DNA of 61,146 nt, filler included, from Hausera hauseri (taxonomy: Eukaryota): NCBI GenBank assembly GCA_046269625.1. It is 9 parts of 9 records of this genome, joined end to end, with 100 filler letters (N's around TTAATTAATTAA, not from the genome) between each part and the next. Parts side by side here need not be neighbours in the genome. Positions count along the whole stretch, not along the records: positions 43,587 to 51,477 come from JBJURY010892065.1; positions 51,578 to 56,700 come from JBJURY010329049.1; 7 more parts are not named here. The stretch is one strand, 5' to 3'. The position numbers and the translations under genes are program-made. Within the stretch, counting starts at the first letter, position 1. Each line of letters starts with the position of its first letter. The notes under the pieces were generated by a model. It saw only the letters and a list, made by a program, of their open reading frames with translations, did not search any database and had not been told where the DNA came from. Shown in pieces: positions 43,805 to 56,800 of the stretch.

Positions 43805-46630
43805 TCAACGCCTCTGTAACCCTATCTGTAACACGTCTAAGAAATTTTGTTGTAAATCTTTATGATTAATCGTGTAGGGTGTCATTTCTAAATCTGTCGG
43901 TAATATGGCTTCTCGTGCATACATCATGAAAAATGGTGTGAATCCCGTTGCAGGATGTGGTGCCGTATTAATAACGAATTGAGTTCCTTCAAAGAATTCA
44001 TCCCAATCCTTTTGGTCTTTTGCGACTACTGTTGACAGAATATGTATAACAGTTGAGCTCATACGCTCCATTATTCCATTACATTGGGGATGGTATGCGG
44101 TTGTAGTTAATCGTTCGATTTCGAATATTTTGGTTATTTTATCAAATAGTTTGCTTGAAAAGTTTCTTTCACCTTTTTCCGTTTGATTGCGCACACTTTA
44201 CAAGCACTTACCCAATTTTTTACATCAGTGTAAATACTCGACCAATAATATTTTTTCAGTATTCTTTCTTGTATCTTTTTCCAAGACATGTGTCCAACTA
44301 AGTATGAATCGTGTTCTGCCATTAAAACTTCTGTTCTTAATAATTTTGGAATGACTGTCAGTTTTTGCCCTTTACGTTCATAATATAAAATATCTTCGTG
44401 ACCCTTATCACTCGAAACACACTGAGTCTTTGCAAATGTTTCTTTAGCTGATGTCCTTTGGTATTATATCTTTCTCAGCAAATCTAGTAATCTGAATGAC
44501 TCTATCTTTTTGCTGTTCTGTCGAAATTTTAATTGGTTTTTCCAATGTTAAAGCGCGTTGTCCATCTACTAACTCTTCGAGTTGAGTTTTCTTCACTGTA
44601 GTAATTTCACTCGTTTTAGTTCTTAATCGCGATAATGCTTCAGCATCTACGTGTTTACTTCCAGGTTTATATTGAAATTCAGTGTTACAACTAGAGATCT
44701 CTTCGGCCCATCTGTTGAGTCCACATGTAGGATTATTTGTACGCCTTTTCAAAGTTGTAACCGCTTTGTAATCAATAACGATTATAATTTTCTGTCCGTA
44801 AACATAGACGTTAAAGCGTCGTAACGTTTCTTTTACGGCCAGTGTTTCTAATTCTGCAATCGAGTAGTTCTTCTCAGCTTTCTTTAACGAACATCCTACA
44901 TAAGCGATTGGGTGTCCTATTCTTCATCTTTCCGCTTTTGAAGTAATTCTTATCTAATACCTTCTTTACTAGCGTCCGTTTTAATTATAAATGGAAAACT
45001 AAAATCTGAATATCCTAAGACTGGTTCGCTGGTCAAAATGTTCTTTATTTCATCGAAAGCCTTCTGTTTGACATCAGTCCATTTCCATACAATTCCTTTC
45101 TTAAGCAGAAGATATAACGGTGCATTTATTTTTGACTTATCTGGCACATAGGTGGCGTAATATCCACACAAGCCTAACCTCCTGGTTTTGTGGCTCCATA
45201 CAATCTGATATTTTATTCAACAATGACTTATCGGGTCTTGATCTTCTCAGGTAGGATACTGTACTTTGAGCCACTTGCATTTCTTAGGGTTTAATTTCAA
45301 TCCTGCTTTCTCTAATCTTTTAAATGTTCTTCTTCTGTTCTCGACACTACAATTACATCGTCTAAATAGGCAAATGGATGATCGAGTGTCATTAACATTC
45401 TATTCATCATTCTTGTGAAAATGGCTGATCCAATTGTGGTACCGAACGGTATGACATTAAATTCATATACATTATCGTGCGTTTTAAACGTCGTTTTATA
45501 ACGCTGTTCGCCTTCAATTTCCATTTGTCAATATCCGGATGGTAAGTCCCAGTGATGAACCATTTTCCTACTGAGAGTCTATCTAAAGCTTCCTTTACGG
45601 ACGGCAACGGAAAAGAATCTTTCATCATTAGAGTGTTCAGTGCTCTATAATCGATGCAAAATCGATGTTTTGTAGTACCCTACTTTTTAACCATAAGTAT
45701 CGACGAATACCAAGATCTATAACTAGGTCTAATTATGTCGGCTTTAAGCATTCGTTTAATTTCTTTTGTTACTTTGGGTCTTAATGAATGCTGTGGAGGA
45801 TACCATTTCGGCATCTTCTGATCTTCGAGATCAATTTCCTCATTTGAACCAGGCTTTTTCTTAAGAGGAATTGTTAATCTTAGGGCTTTGGCTCTGCCAA
45901 TATCTTCTTCATTTTTGGCAATGATTGATTTACAGCTGCATAATAAGTCATAAAAGCTGCAATAAAATTTAAATAAAAATTTAGACTCAAGATGAGCCGG
46001 AAATTTCGGCGAAATTATAAGGCTTTCCTCAATAGTTATAGACGATGCGTTATTAGTATGGCCTAAAGTGGTATTAACGTATAGTTTAACGGTATTGGTG
46101 CGCTATTCGCTAATCTGATAGGCACACAGCCGGATGTAGTTAATACATTACTAAATACGACATTGGATTTAACGTTTCCTTAGCTCGAAATATTCTGGTT
46201 GATCATCGTCTTGGCGGATTTGTGCATATATCAAAATTTCTGTTCCAGGAGGAATCTCCTCGTCTACTGGAATCAATACTTCTCCATATTTCCTATTTTT
46301 GTACTTTTCACTCCTTTTATCGGTTCGAGTTCTATTAATTTATCAGCGTGCAAATCTACTGCCACATACGACAATTGTCTCAATAAGTCACACCTTAGTA
46401 CTACATCGTCGGTTTGTGGTGAAAAAATTGTCCCATAATGTAAACTTCTAGATTCCACTTGAACATCAGTCTCGACATCTGTCCAAAAGCTCCCATACAT
46501 CCAGGGTGTTTCATCGATGGAAGGTACAATTGTTCCCTTAACATCTGCAGTATTAAGTCAATTTTGATGTATGACGTCGATTAAGGCATAAACGTCCCAA
46601 TCTTCAATAATAACTTTAACAAAGGGTCTC
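43805..46630 (-). mobile_element. pol: Ty3/Gypsy pol of element B: protease, RT, RNase H, integrase (decayed)
   Basis: RPFVKVIIEDWDVYALID (46576-46629); FCIDYRALN; IPFG; YLDD (45357-45368); IKTDASKEG; HVDAEALSR; H2C2 zinc finger (GHMS...CKVC); TTAYHPQCNGIMER. Confidence 0.95.
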
Positions 46631-47329
46631 CTTCTATCACTGTCCCATAAGAATTCTATGCGATCTTTCGTTGTTTAATTGTTGATATTTTATAACCCTT
46701 AATTCTGATTTCTGCAGAGACAATTATGTTTTCAGTTAGTTGCTTCAATTTTCCATTGGGATATAGTTCGTTGTTTGCGACGTTTGAATTTTCCACTTCA
46801 TGGATTCTGATTAGTGCTTTACGATTATTTGTATGTGGCTCTAGATTTCGAAAAGTTTGCATTCTTTGATTTCCCCAGACTGTTGATTTGGTTTCTGTAT
46901 TTCGAGCTATTCATGCAGAATATAATACTTTGTGGTCATCCACTGACTGCCCGCGATAGGGTACAGAATTTTCTGCATTTTTATACATTTTCCGTAAAAC
47001 TCCATATTGTTTTGTTCCTTCGAAACTAAACGGTCTTCTATAGATTTCTGTTTGATACGAACTCATCTTCGTAGATTGATATCGTAGGAGGCAAGATAAG
47101 TAGTGGTAGCATTATGACAGAATACGTTTTGTATCTATTTACTCTGGAGATGGCTTCTCCTCCCTTAGGCGCGTCATCATCCGAATCGTTTTTCTATGTT
47201 TTAGGTGTGAGGAATTTTCGTCTATATAAAAATATAGGTTTCCATCGTCGTTTTTGATTATTATAGTCAACATGTCGTTCTATATCAGTTTTCCACCTAT
47301 TTTCTTCATAAGCTTTCAGAAATTTTCCG

Positions 47330-49090
47330 AACGGTGTTATAATTGCAGTCAAAATTTTGCATGAAAATCCAGTTTATGACTTCTTGAATTACGGCTTTGC
47401 TTAACTATACCAGGAAATACATCGCTAAAATTCCAGATGCGGTTTATCCAAAAATTAAAAATTCACAAAAGTTTGTATTGTATTTCAGTAGTTACTGGTT
47501 GAAAATAGTTAGCACCAAGTAAAGATTCGCATTTTGCTTGGTAGCTAGTATCGTCTACTACTGCAGCCATGGCTTGATTTATTTCATGTGTTCGTTGATG
47601 TGGGAAGGCCAGAAAATGCCTAAACGCTTCTACTTTCCTAGGTCTATAAATACCTTTTGATGAACTATCTTGAAATTTGTCAACCGTTATACCTTTTACG
47701 AGATTGGTTCCTGTCAGTTTGTTCGGGGCAACAGTTATGCCTCCATTTGCTAAGCTTGCCCAATCCGTTTCACTACGTCTGAACACTGGTTCTTCTAAGC
47801 TCACTTTATATTCTTTTAAGGTTGTTGGCTGAGTTGAGTTAGCTAACAAGATTCTAGTAAGTGGCATAGCTAATCGAGTTGTATTTTAGCACAAAACCGG
47901 AAATTCTTTTATACAGCGTTTTTCTTCAAGATTAATTGGTACATCTCTTTTCTCACATTCACAGATTAACATGATGTCGCATTTGACTCGACCAAAAACT
48001 CCTTCTCACAATGGAATGATTGGTGATGCTAATTAGAGATTGGCATATATCTAAGCCATTTGGTTTCCATGATTTCCATATCTAGTTTACTGTCGTTCGA
48101 CATAATCTTGTGGTATAGTTCGGTTATTCCGACTTGTCCTTTGTAGTAGAAACAATCAACTCTATTTTTCAAGTAATCCTTCGTTTCCAACTTATTTCGG
48201 TTTCTACTATGAAGAATGCTTCGTAATTGGTGGTATACATCACTACTTGGAAACGACAGAGCATTTATTTCTTTACAAATATTGATCCATGAGGGTCAGA
48301 GATTAATATAGTTGGTGTAGAGTGTTCCGCCACATCTTTTCATGTCCTCGAGCTGCTATCTAACTTATTTACATATTGCTTACCAGTAGTTTCATTGAAC
48401 TTTAGCTCCTTAATTTTAATAAAATTGCAGTCTTTTCCAGAGGGCGGTTCCCATATTATAACTGAACTTCTGAAAGTACAAGTACTGTCCTGTAAATGAC
48501 ATTTTTTGTTTTCGGTATATAGTTTGGTGACGCTATGATACATTGACTTCTGTGTTGACATTTCGTTTTCACAGAAATCTACAACTACCACACATCTTCC
48601 TTTTCCTTTTCCGGTGTCATATTCTTAGCCACTGCAATATCCAATATGCATATCTAGTTTTCCTACTGCTACTTTAAATGATCGAACTATTTTCCTTTGT
48701 GGCATTTCGAGTTCCATACCGTCCCATCTGAATCTGCCGGTTTCTTTGGCTACTTGCATTGTTGTCTTTCTAGATGTTGTCTTTCAATGTTGTCGGTGGT
48801 GTTGTGGGTTTTATTATTGATGAGTGACAATGCATTTGTCCGCTATGAAAAATTCTACGAGATCTTCGTAACGTACACTCTAATCCATCCAATAATATTA
48901 ATTCTCGATGTTGGTATAGGATGTAGCTTTTCTCCTTTGTCTCTAATTTGTGCGGTCTAGCGTCTTCACACATTTCTAGGTCCATTAGGGAGTACTTCTG
49001 GCCAAGCTTAAATTTGTCGCAATCGTAAACCGTGACAGCACTTATTGTTTTATTAGCATCATCAAGGTTAGGAAAATAATTAACAAATTC
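47330..49090 (-). pseudogene. Chuvirus/gB-like class III fusion glycoprotein of Ty3/Gypsy element B
   Basis: Frameshifted signal peptide LLIIFLTLMMLI then ISA|VTVYDCDKFKLGQKYSLMDLEMC..YILYQ..GLECTLRRSRRIFH.GQMH.HSS; CHLQDSTC...IIWEPP...C; EGVFGRVKCDIMLICEC..CIKEFPV..MPLTRIL; KGIY...FLAFP. Confidence 0.82.
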
Positions 49091-49099
49091 GATTTACTT

Positions 49100-51477
49100 C
49101 CTCGGTTACTACCGGCTTATATCAAATTTCATACTATATCTTCGAGTCTGCTACTACTATTACTAGTGGATAGTCTGTTTTAGTATTCTTCTTTTTCAAA
49201 TTGTTTTGACAAAATTATTTCTCGAAGTAGTTTCCTGGCTGCCTTTTATGATAAACTCGTAGCTCTGTCAAATTCGTTTTCACGATTTGGGTTTATCTTA
49301 ATAGCTAAGTATAGAAAACCTTCTACGGTATTTTCTACCATGATTTTTTCAATCACCATTTCATCGGTTAATGTGCTTTTTGATAATCTAAAACGATAAT
49401 TTCTCATCATTCTGGCTGCACTATATATAACATTCTCTTTATCGTCTAACCCATCGCCACGGAGACTGGAGTAATTTACGATACGTATTAAATACTTCAT
49501 TGGTTCAATTAATTCTTCGTTATCCGCATTGAAAGTGGATATTGACATTTGTCTTAATTATCTAATCAAGTCTCCATCATAGTAGATTCCTTGTCGTATT
49601 TTCCTCGGTCTATCAACAGGCGTTTCTGCCCTGCTGTCATCGATACAGCTTTACTTTGGGGTGCTAAGTTTTTATCGTATTGTTCCTTATCTTTATTGGT
49701 TGCAAGTATTGGAAGTGCACTGCAGTATCTCGGACTCCTATGATTTGTCCTAGGCATTAGTCGGCTTTAGTCTTTCTCGTGGCTTCTTCTTTATATTGTT
49801 GATGAGCAGCTTTTGCCGCTATTCGATTTGTGTCATCAGAGATAATCCCAACGTTTATTAATTATTCTAATTCGTCCAATATTCTGCTTCTAAAATAAAG
49901 TCTATATTTTAGTTCGTTTCCATCACCATTGTTTATTAGTAATTGTCTTACGTCCCTCACTCAGTAATGCATTCTTTTTCATTCATTTACTCAGATGACG
50001 TCTTCATTTTCAACGTCACTTCAGGTTTAGCTTTTCAGATTTTAGCATATTTTATTAGAAGTTTTGGCACAGCACTATAATTGTGTTTCCACTCTACAAT
50101 TTAGTCTGAGTAGGAATAAGTTGTCTTAACCTATTTTCAGTGATATTTACGTTAATTAGCTCAATTAAATTCTTTTCAGTTAGAGCTGAATCCAGAAGCA
50201 TCACCACATTGAATTTCCGATTCTTTGGGTGCATTTCCGTTTCATACAGAAGTTCTGGATTTTTCGGATTTTCGGCAATTATGGCATCGATATATGCATT
50301 CTATTCTGTGTCATTTTGATTTTTCGGAAGTCCATGGTCAATAGGGATCTTTGGTTGCTGGACTATATTAGCATTTTGTATCATTTCTCTCATGCTGCGT
50401 AACATTTGTTGCACTTGACCATTTATGTCGTTTGAAACAAAGTCCGTTGCCAGAAACTTGGTGCAACAAAGTTAACAATTAACAAAGTTCGTCTACCTGA
50501 ATCATTCCTTTTTGTAGATAATCGGTTAGCTCAGAGGTTTTATCTCGCTGCCATCTTTGTACGAATTCTGCTTTATTGGCTATTTCCGATTCCGTGCGAG
50601 CGTATTTATTTTTATATGCGTTCAATTCTGTAGTTAGTTCATCTCTTTTTGCTCTTCTTTGGTCAGTACAAATTGGTGTTTTGTGAATGCGACGTATTAG
50701 AATTTGCAATTGTCGCATTTTCTCATCGTTGATTTCCGCTATTTCTACTAATAACGACGTTAATCCGCTCAATTCTTTTAAATTCCTGGAGTTAGAATTA
50801 ATTTATTCAATTAATTTTTATGAAACTAGTTTTCTCGAAAGTAATTCGGCGATCTTCCATTATCTCTATTAATTCAGCATGCCATTTTTGATCTGATCCT
50901 GGAATCCATTTATGAGGGTTCTGTAGAAATTTCAGTACTCCTTCTATTGACAGTTCACAATCCGTGCAGATGTGTAATAGTTTTATTTCTTGGATAGAGA
51001 TTTCGTTTATAGTTTTGTGGCTAATTGTTGAACTTCTAAATGGACATTTCTTAATTTCGAATAGAGGTCACAAGTCATGTTTTGCTTTGTCTGAAAATCT
51101 GTTCCTTCAATAATTTTATTTATTTCGTTCATTAATACCATCTCTTTGTTCTTATCCATAATTTTTAGTTGTTGTAGTGTATTGAATTGCGTCCGGATAT
51201 CTACTTCCGCTCTCATTGTATCTACATTTCGTGAAAATTTTCCCAATTGTTGCTTCACTATCAGTTCGCTTTCTGGGAATTTTTTATGCAATTTTTCACT
51301 ACATGACTCAGCTCAGTATGAATTCGGATCATTCCTTTAGATGGTTAGCTATTACAGGCTTTACCAGTATTGCTCTGTCTAACGTTTATAAGCATCTTTT
51401 AATTTGTCGTCTGCACGTTTTACAAAACTCATAATCTGGTTGACATAGTTGAATTCGTCTTTGTACTAGTCAAATTC
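49100..51477 (-). pseudogene. Unknown, partly coiled-coil polyprotein region upstream of the glycoprotein in element B
   Basis: Co-oriented broken ORFs 49246-49548, 49566-49757, 50479-50772 and 51007-51291. No gag or pol motif recognised. Confidence 0.5.
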
Positions 51478-51577
51478 NNNNNNNNNNNNNNNNNNNNNNN
51501 NNNNNNNNNNNNNNNNNNNNNTTAATTAATTAANNNNNNNNNNNNNNNNNNNNNNNNNNNNNNNNNNNNNNNNNNNN

Positions 51578-52141
51578 GAAAAAACGTTTTGCCAATGAAG
51601 TTAAAATAACGCAACTGAATCTTTTAAATGTTACAACTTTTCGCACTTGTTCACGTCCTTCCTCACAATGTCTAGGAATTTTGAACTGACAAAGTTTTCG
51701 TAAATATTCCCGAGTTAAAAATTTTTTATATTCGATTAATAATGTTTACTTGGTGTTCTGCTGAAATAAAAAATATCCATCGAATATTCGGCTCATAGTC
51801 TGTGGTCAGTCATGTGTATGACCAAAATTTATGAGAAAATAAGCGATTGATAATAAGACGAATACATTTTGGATTAACAGAATTTCAAGAAAACACTACA
51901 AATTAAATAACTAAAGAACAATAAAACGAACAAAAATGTTGTTAAAGTTCAGAATTCTTAAACATAGTGGAGAGAGACTTGAACAAGTGCGAAAAGCTGT
52001 CACATTTGAAAGCTCCAATTGCGTTATTTTTGCTTAGTTGGCAAAAGTTATTTTCGTATTATTAATCAGCATTATATTTTGTACGTAATTGTCTGTTTCA
52101 TATAAAAACCCTGTTTGACAGTTAGAACTGTCCCTTGTTAG
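51578..52141. mobile_element. Second copy of the MITE family seen at 40854-41495
   Basis: Shared internal sequence TTCGATT(T/A)AT..TGTTCTGC..AAAAAATATCCATC..ATAGTC(C/T)GTGGTCAGTCATGTG and terminal ATTATTAATCAGCATTATATTTTG...CTTGTTAG. Confidence 0.8.
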
Positions 52142-54395
52142 TGTTAGTAGTTGAAGGTGGGCCTTATCCAACACCCAACTGTAACAATAAGTAAATTTCG
52201 AATTTGAGATAATATTATATGAGCAGATAAGTTCTAACGTTCTCGTTAGAATGTTTGCACTAATTTTATAATGCTTATACTGCGTATATATCCTCTGCGA
52301 ATTTTGAAACTCTAGTCCTAACTATGTACTTTAATTGGAATTTAAAACTTAATGTAGTGAAAGGCCTTCGTAGGAAGCAACGGAAAATATCAGGAAAATT
52401 TAAATACAAGTTTATTAAATAACAATAACAATACCCGTCAATACAATAACTTGATCAATATTATCAAGCTGTCTATAATTTTCAGTGATTCTATTCACAA
52501 TTTTTTCTCACTCTGTACAATGTACTGTGGCGCTTATATAGTCGCCTGTAGGCTGCATTTGTTGGTAGAAATGTTCTTAATGAAATTGAGTTATTAAAAA
52601 TTATTATCATAAGAATGACGTTTGCAAAATTATAGTTCACGATTTACAGAATAAATAGAGATGTTCATTTGTGTTGTACTACGAAAATGAATAATGCTTA
52701 CATAGTTACATAATATGAGTTTTCTCATGGAGATAATTTGATTGTTTGAAAGATGAGTATTTCAAAAAATTTTCAAATATTTACTTATTGCAATTAATAG
52801 TTATCTGGATACACACGACCAGACACATTTTGTAAAGTTTAATATTTTTGGAGAAATTAGAATTATTTCTCATTTATTAAATTCGGGTATTAATTTTATG
52901 GTTGAGAAAAATTCATTTGTATGGATTTTGTACCATATTTTCAAATGGAATCTTATAACATTGTATGGATGTAATTTTAGAATCTTTGTTTAACTTTGTA
53001 TTTTGTATATATATAATATTTAGTCATGAATATGCATGTACACATTTTACAATATTTATTTTATATTCTGGTTAATAATTTTAAACATTTTCCGCCACAA
53101 AAACGGATAATAGGAATTTTTATTCAGGAAGTACGTTAATGTACGTTTATTAAAATAATAATAGGTCTGTTGTCTTTACAATGGAAGGTCAGATATTTTG
53201 AAAGTCGATTTTTCGTCGTGTTAATTTACGTTACTAATTGAAATATGACTAAACAAAAAATGAAATTAATTTCTGACCATATATTCATGTTATGAATAAA
53301 GAAAAACGTGATGTAAAATTTTCATGTAAAACTGAAATTTAATCAATACATATGAAACACGAAGAAAAACAAACAGAGACAATAATATAATTCCTAGGCA
53401 ATATTTACAAAAAAGATTAGTGAACATACATAGTAGAATCAAACACACAGCTAAAACAAAACGGAAGATATCCCAAAAAGAGTTTTGCCTGAGACGTGGA
53501 AGCACTTTCATGTTTCATTTACAGTAATGCGCATAATAAAGTAAACCAATTGGTTCCAATGTTTTTGCGCACATTGCTGAAAGTACTACCTCTTGATAAA
53601 TATTCTCGAACTCGAACTGATCGACTCAAAAACAAATAACCCAAAGCAAACAAACTTCAGACACAACTGAATGATTAAAAACTAATAGACCTTAATTGAC
53701 AAATGGTTCAAACTAAACAAACCATAATTGATTTATGTTGAATTTGTAGATCATTATAGTTATTTAAACCGATTTTTATGTATTGCCAATTCTGAATAAT
53801 TGATTTATTTTTGCGATTGTTTCATTTTAATGTATCTTTATTATTCTTTCATTATTCTGTATAAACTCAAATAGTATAAATACTGTCGCATGTCTTCACT
53901 TAACAATCATTATTGTCAACGATCATTATTGTACTACTAAAACTCTGTCATGATGAACGGCTGTAAGTGTGATTTTATTTATTTTATTGTTTTATCTCTT
54001 TGATCGTGTTTTCGTAATTAAATACTTTCATTGTTAATTGATTATTTTTTCTCTTTGATTAGTCGTAAAGAGGTAATTTAAGTAAGTAAAGTTATATACC
54101 GTAATAAGGAAATTAATACTAAATTTCAGGGCCCTATTTGGTATACCATCCCTTCAGAACGGTAGTGTAAAATCCAGTAAATAAGAAGGAGTGACGTCAG
54201 TGTATCTCCTGACGGAGCTCACTCACTAAGTTCAATTAAATAAAGTAATATTTAGATATTGGCAAACCCACAGGTTGCTGATTACCATTATTAAGTAGGT
54301 TAGGCTTGAGACAAGGAGAGAACTCAAGCTTCTGTATAAAGAACATAAGCTTAAGGTCGTAAGACCAATAAATCTTAGACTATAAACTTATCACT

Positions 54396-55345
54396 ATGCC
54401 CCGAGTGAGGAGACACACTGGCGTATAACACTCGAAGTAAAGTTAACGCTAATATTACAAGTTCACGCACTGATTCAGCAAGGAGTAGTTCTGAACCAGA
54501 CGAAAACCCCCTGGTTGAAACAAACACTCACATAGAAAGAAATCCAACATGTTACTCTGAAATGGGAACTGGCTCAACTACAACTGGCACGATGGTCCTC
54601 CCAATGGATAAGTTTGAAGAAAAACCAAACCAAGATTATAGTGAGATTTTAATGCAATACCAAATGTATTCACAAAGTTTTGCATGGTTAGATGAGCTTA
54701 GGATACAACGTCTTTTCTTACATTTTAAAGGAACAGCACTTAGTGCTTATGCTCAGCTTACGGATAAAGGCAAAGCTGATTGGGCTAGACTTAAGGACGC
54801 CTTGGAAGAAAGACTCTTAGTAGACCCATCAGGAAAAGGTTGAATTGGAGTGTTTAACAGGCGACGTCAGAGGAAAGGTGAAAGCGTGCAAGAATACGCA
54901 TGTGCCCTTCAGAAATTGGCTTAAGGAGCCTATGCGGATGATGACATAAGAGACGACGCCCTTCTGGTTCAGTTTTGCTATGGAGTTACTAAGGAAATAC
55001 AAAATTATATTATTGTGGCAGATCATGACGCATATATAGAAGCTGTCAGTAAGGCCAGGAAGATAGAGTAGAACTATGAAAGATTAGAAAATACCAAAAA
55101 GCCTCCCAAAACTGATGATAAAAAGATGAAGAACCTTTAGTAAAAGAAAAATTTTCAAAAACCGTTTTATAAAATTCGGAATCAAACGGGAAAGCAACAG
55201 AAGAAGGTTAGGTGGCAACAAGATCAACCTCAAAAATCTGCAGTAAAGAAGCCAACGGTTAATCAGAATGGACAGCCAGTATACCTTGCATGCCAGAAAT
55301 ATGGACATATGGCTCGTACTTGCCCTAATCAAGGACAGTCAAGTT
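54396..55345 (+). mobile_element. gag: LTR-retroelement gag (capsid domain + zinc knuckle), decayed
   Basis: FKGTALSAYAQL...WARLKDALEERL; RRQRKGESVQEYACALQKLA; QFCYGV; knuckle (Y)LACQKYGHMARTCP at 55282-55323 with the first Cys mutated. Confidence 0.85.
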
Positions 55346-56700
55346 AAAAGAAAAAGAATGTTGACATCGTAGGAAATATATCTGATATGGATAATGAGCA
55401 CGAAACTACGGATACAAAGCCCGAGGAAACAATTGAAAAGCTACAGCAGAACATCAGATCTAAATTAAAATAAAGTAAAACCAATACGATAGAGGAGGAA
55501 TATAAGATAGCCGAATTAAAACAGTTGTACCTTGAATTGAAGGAGCAACAAACCTGTGAGAGAAGACAGAAAATGAATGATGAAAGTTCAGTTATTGCTC
55601 TTATTGGTAGACCCAAAAAGACTCCCTATCAAAATCAGATACTGAGAAGAAAAGGGTTAAGAAGGAGGATAAATCTCTGATACAAGAAGAAGAACTGAAG
55701 ACTCCAGAACTCAGTTTACCCTCTGGAAGTGAAAAGAATGAGTCAAGTGGAGAAAGCGAACCCAAAGGAAAGATAAAAAGAATCAGAAAAAAGAAAAGAA
55801 AAGAAAAGTCCTCAAGTTATGAGTCTTCATCTGTGGATTTAGACCAGGATGGCGTAGAAATAGTTCGGAAAATATCCAGCTATGCCAACCAAGAGCTAAT
55901 CGATGGCACTCGGTTTAGACAAGATTTGTCTATGTTGCTATCACCAACTATCAGCTATCAACAATTTGCTAATTTACTGGATTTGCTGTTAATGTATGCT
56001 GCGGGTACAAGCCCATATCAGAATATCGTACGATACATAATTTATCGGTATGCGGATAGAGTGAGGACAGTTGGAGAAAACCCTGAAGTAATGGTTACGC
56101 TACAACAGTATAACCAAGATTTTCACGTTTTAAGAATGAAGTCGTTAGATACGATAATGATATTGAAAAATAATATCAATGGGATTATCCAGCCTCGAGG
56201 AGAAAGAGTTGAGTTTTTATGGACGCACTCTGCTGGATTATGAAACTTTATATGAAGTAGGTATCTGGGAAAACCGATACAACCCTGTGTGTATTACTTA
56301 TAAACAGACTGAACAAGAAGTAATTGATGAAATTATTGCTGATGTTAGAAAAAAAGAAACATAAGAACTGGAACATTAATACCAGGCTCAACAAGTGGAG
56401 GTGGAAGCGAATATGCCTATATCAGAACAAATGCAAATGGATAAAAGAAACCGTGGCAGACCAAAAGGAACAACAAAACTTTATCATTTGAAAGGCAGGA
56501 AAGCCAGAGATGACGAAACTGTTCGAAGATTGCTAAGAACAGAAGACGAATATGATGTAGATAATGTATCATAAACAACATTACTACAAACCTTGTTGGC
56601 AAGAATGCACAATGCATTCGTTGAGTTTAATACTAATCTACAAATACCAGATTCATTAATGCAAGCTATAAGAAATGAGACCGCAAAGATTAGCAAACAA
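55346..56700 (+). pseudogene. Unknown coding region downstream of gag (not protease/RT)
   Basis: Purine-rich coding-like sequence with coiled-coil and basic tracts, and ORFs 55833-56243 and 56179-56364. No DTG/DSG motif found before the contig end. Confidence 0.5.
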
Positions 56701-56800
56701 NNNNNNNNNNNNNNNNNNNNNNNNNNNNNNNNNNNNNNNNNNNNTTAATTAATTAANNNNNNNNNNNNNNNNNNNNNNNNNNNNNNNNNNNNNNNNNNNN

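Noticed and set aside
52353-52700. Possible reverse-oriented solo LTR (TGTAGT start, TATA and polyA-like motifs)
   Set aside because: No matching TSD or clean CA terminus found.
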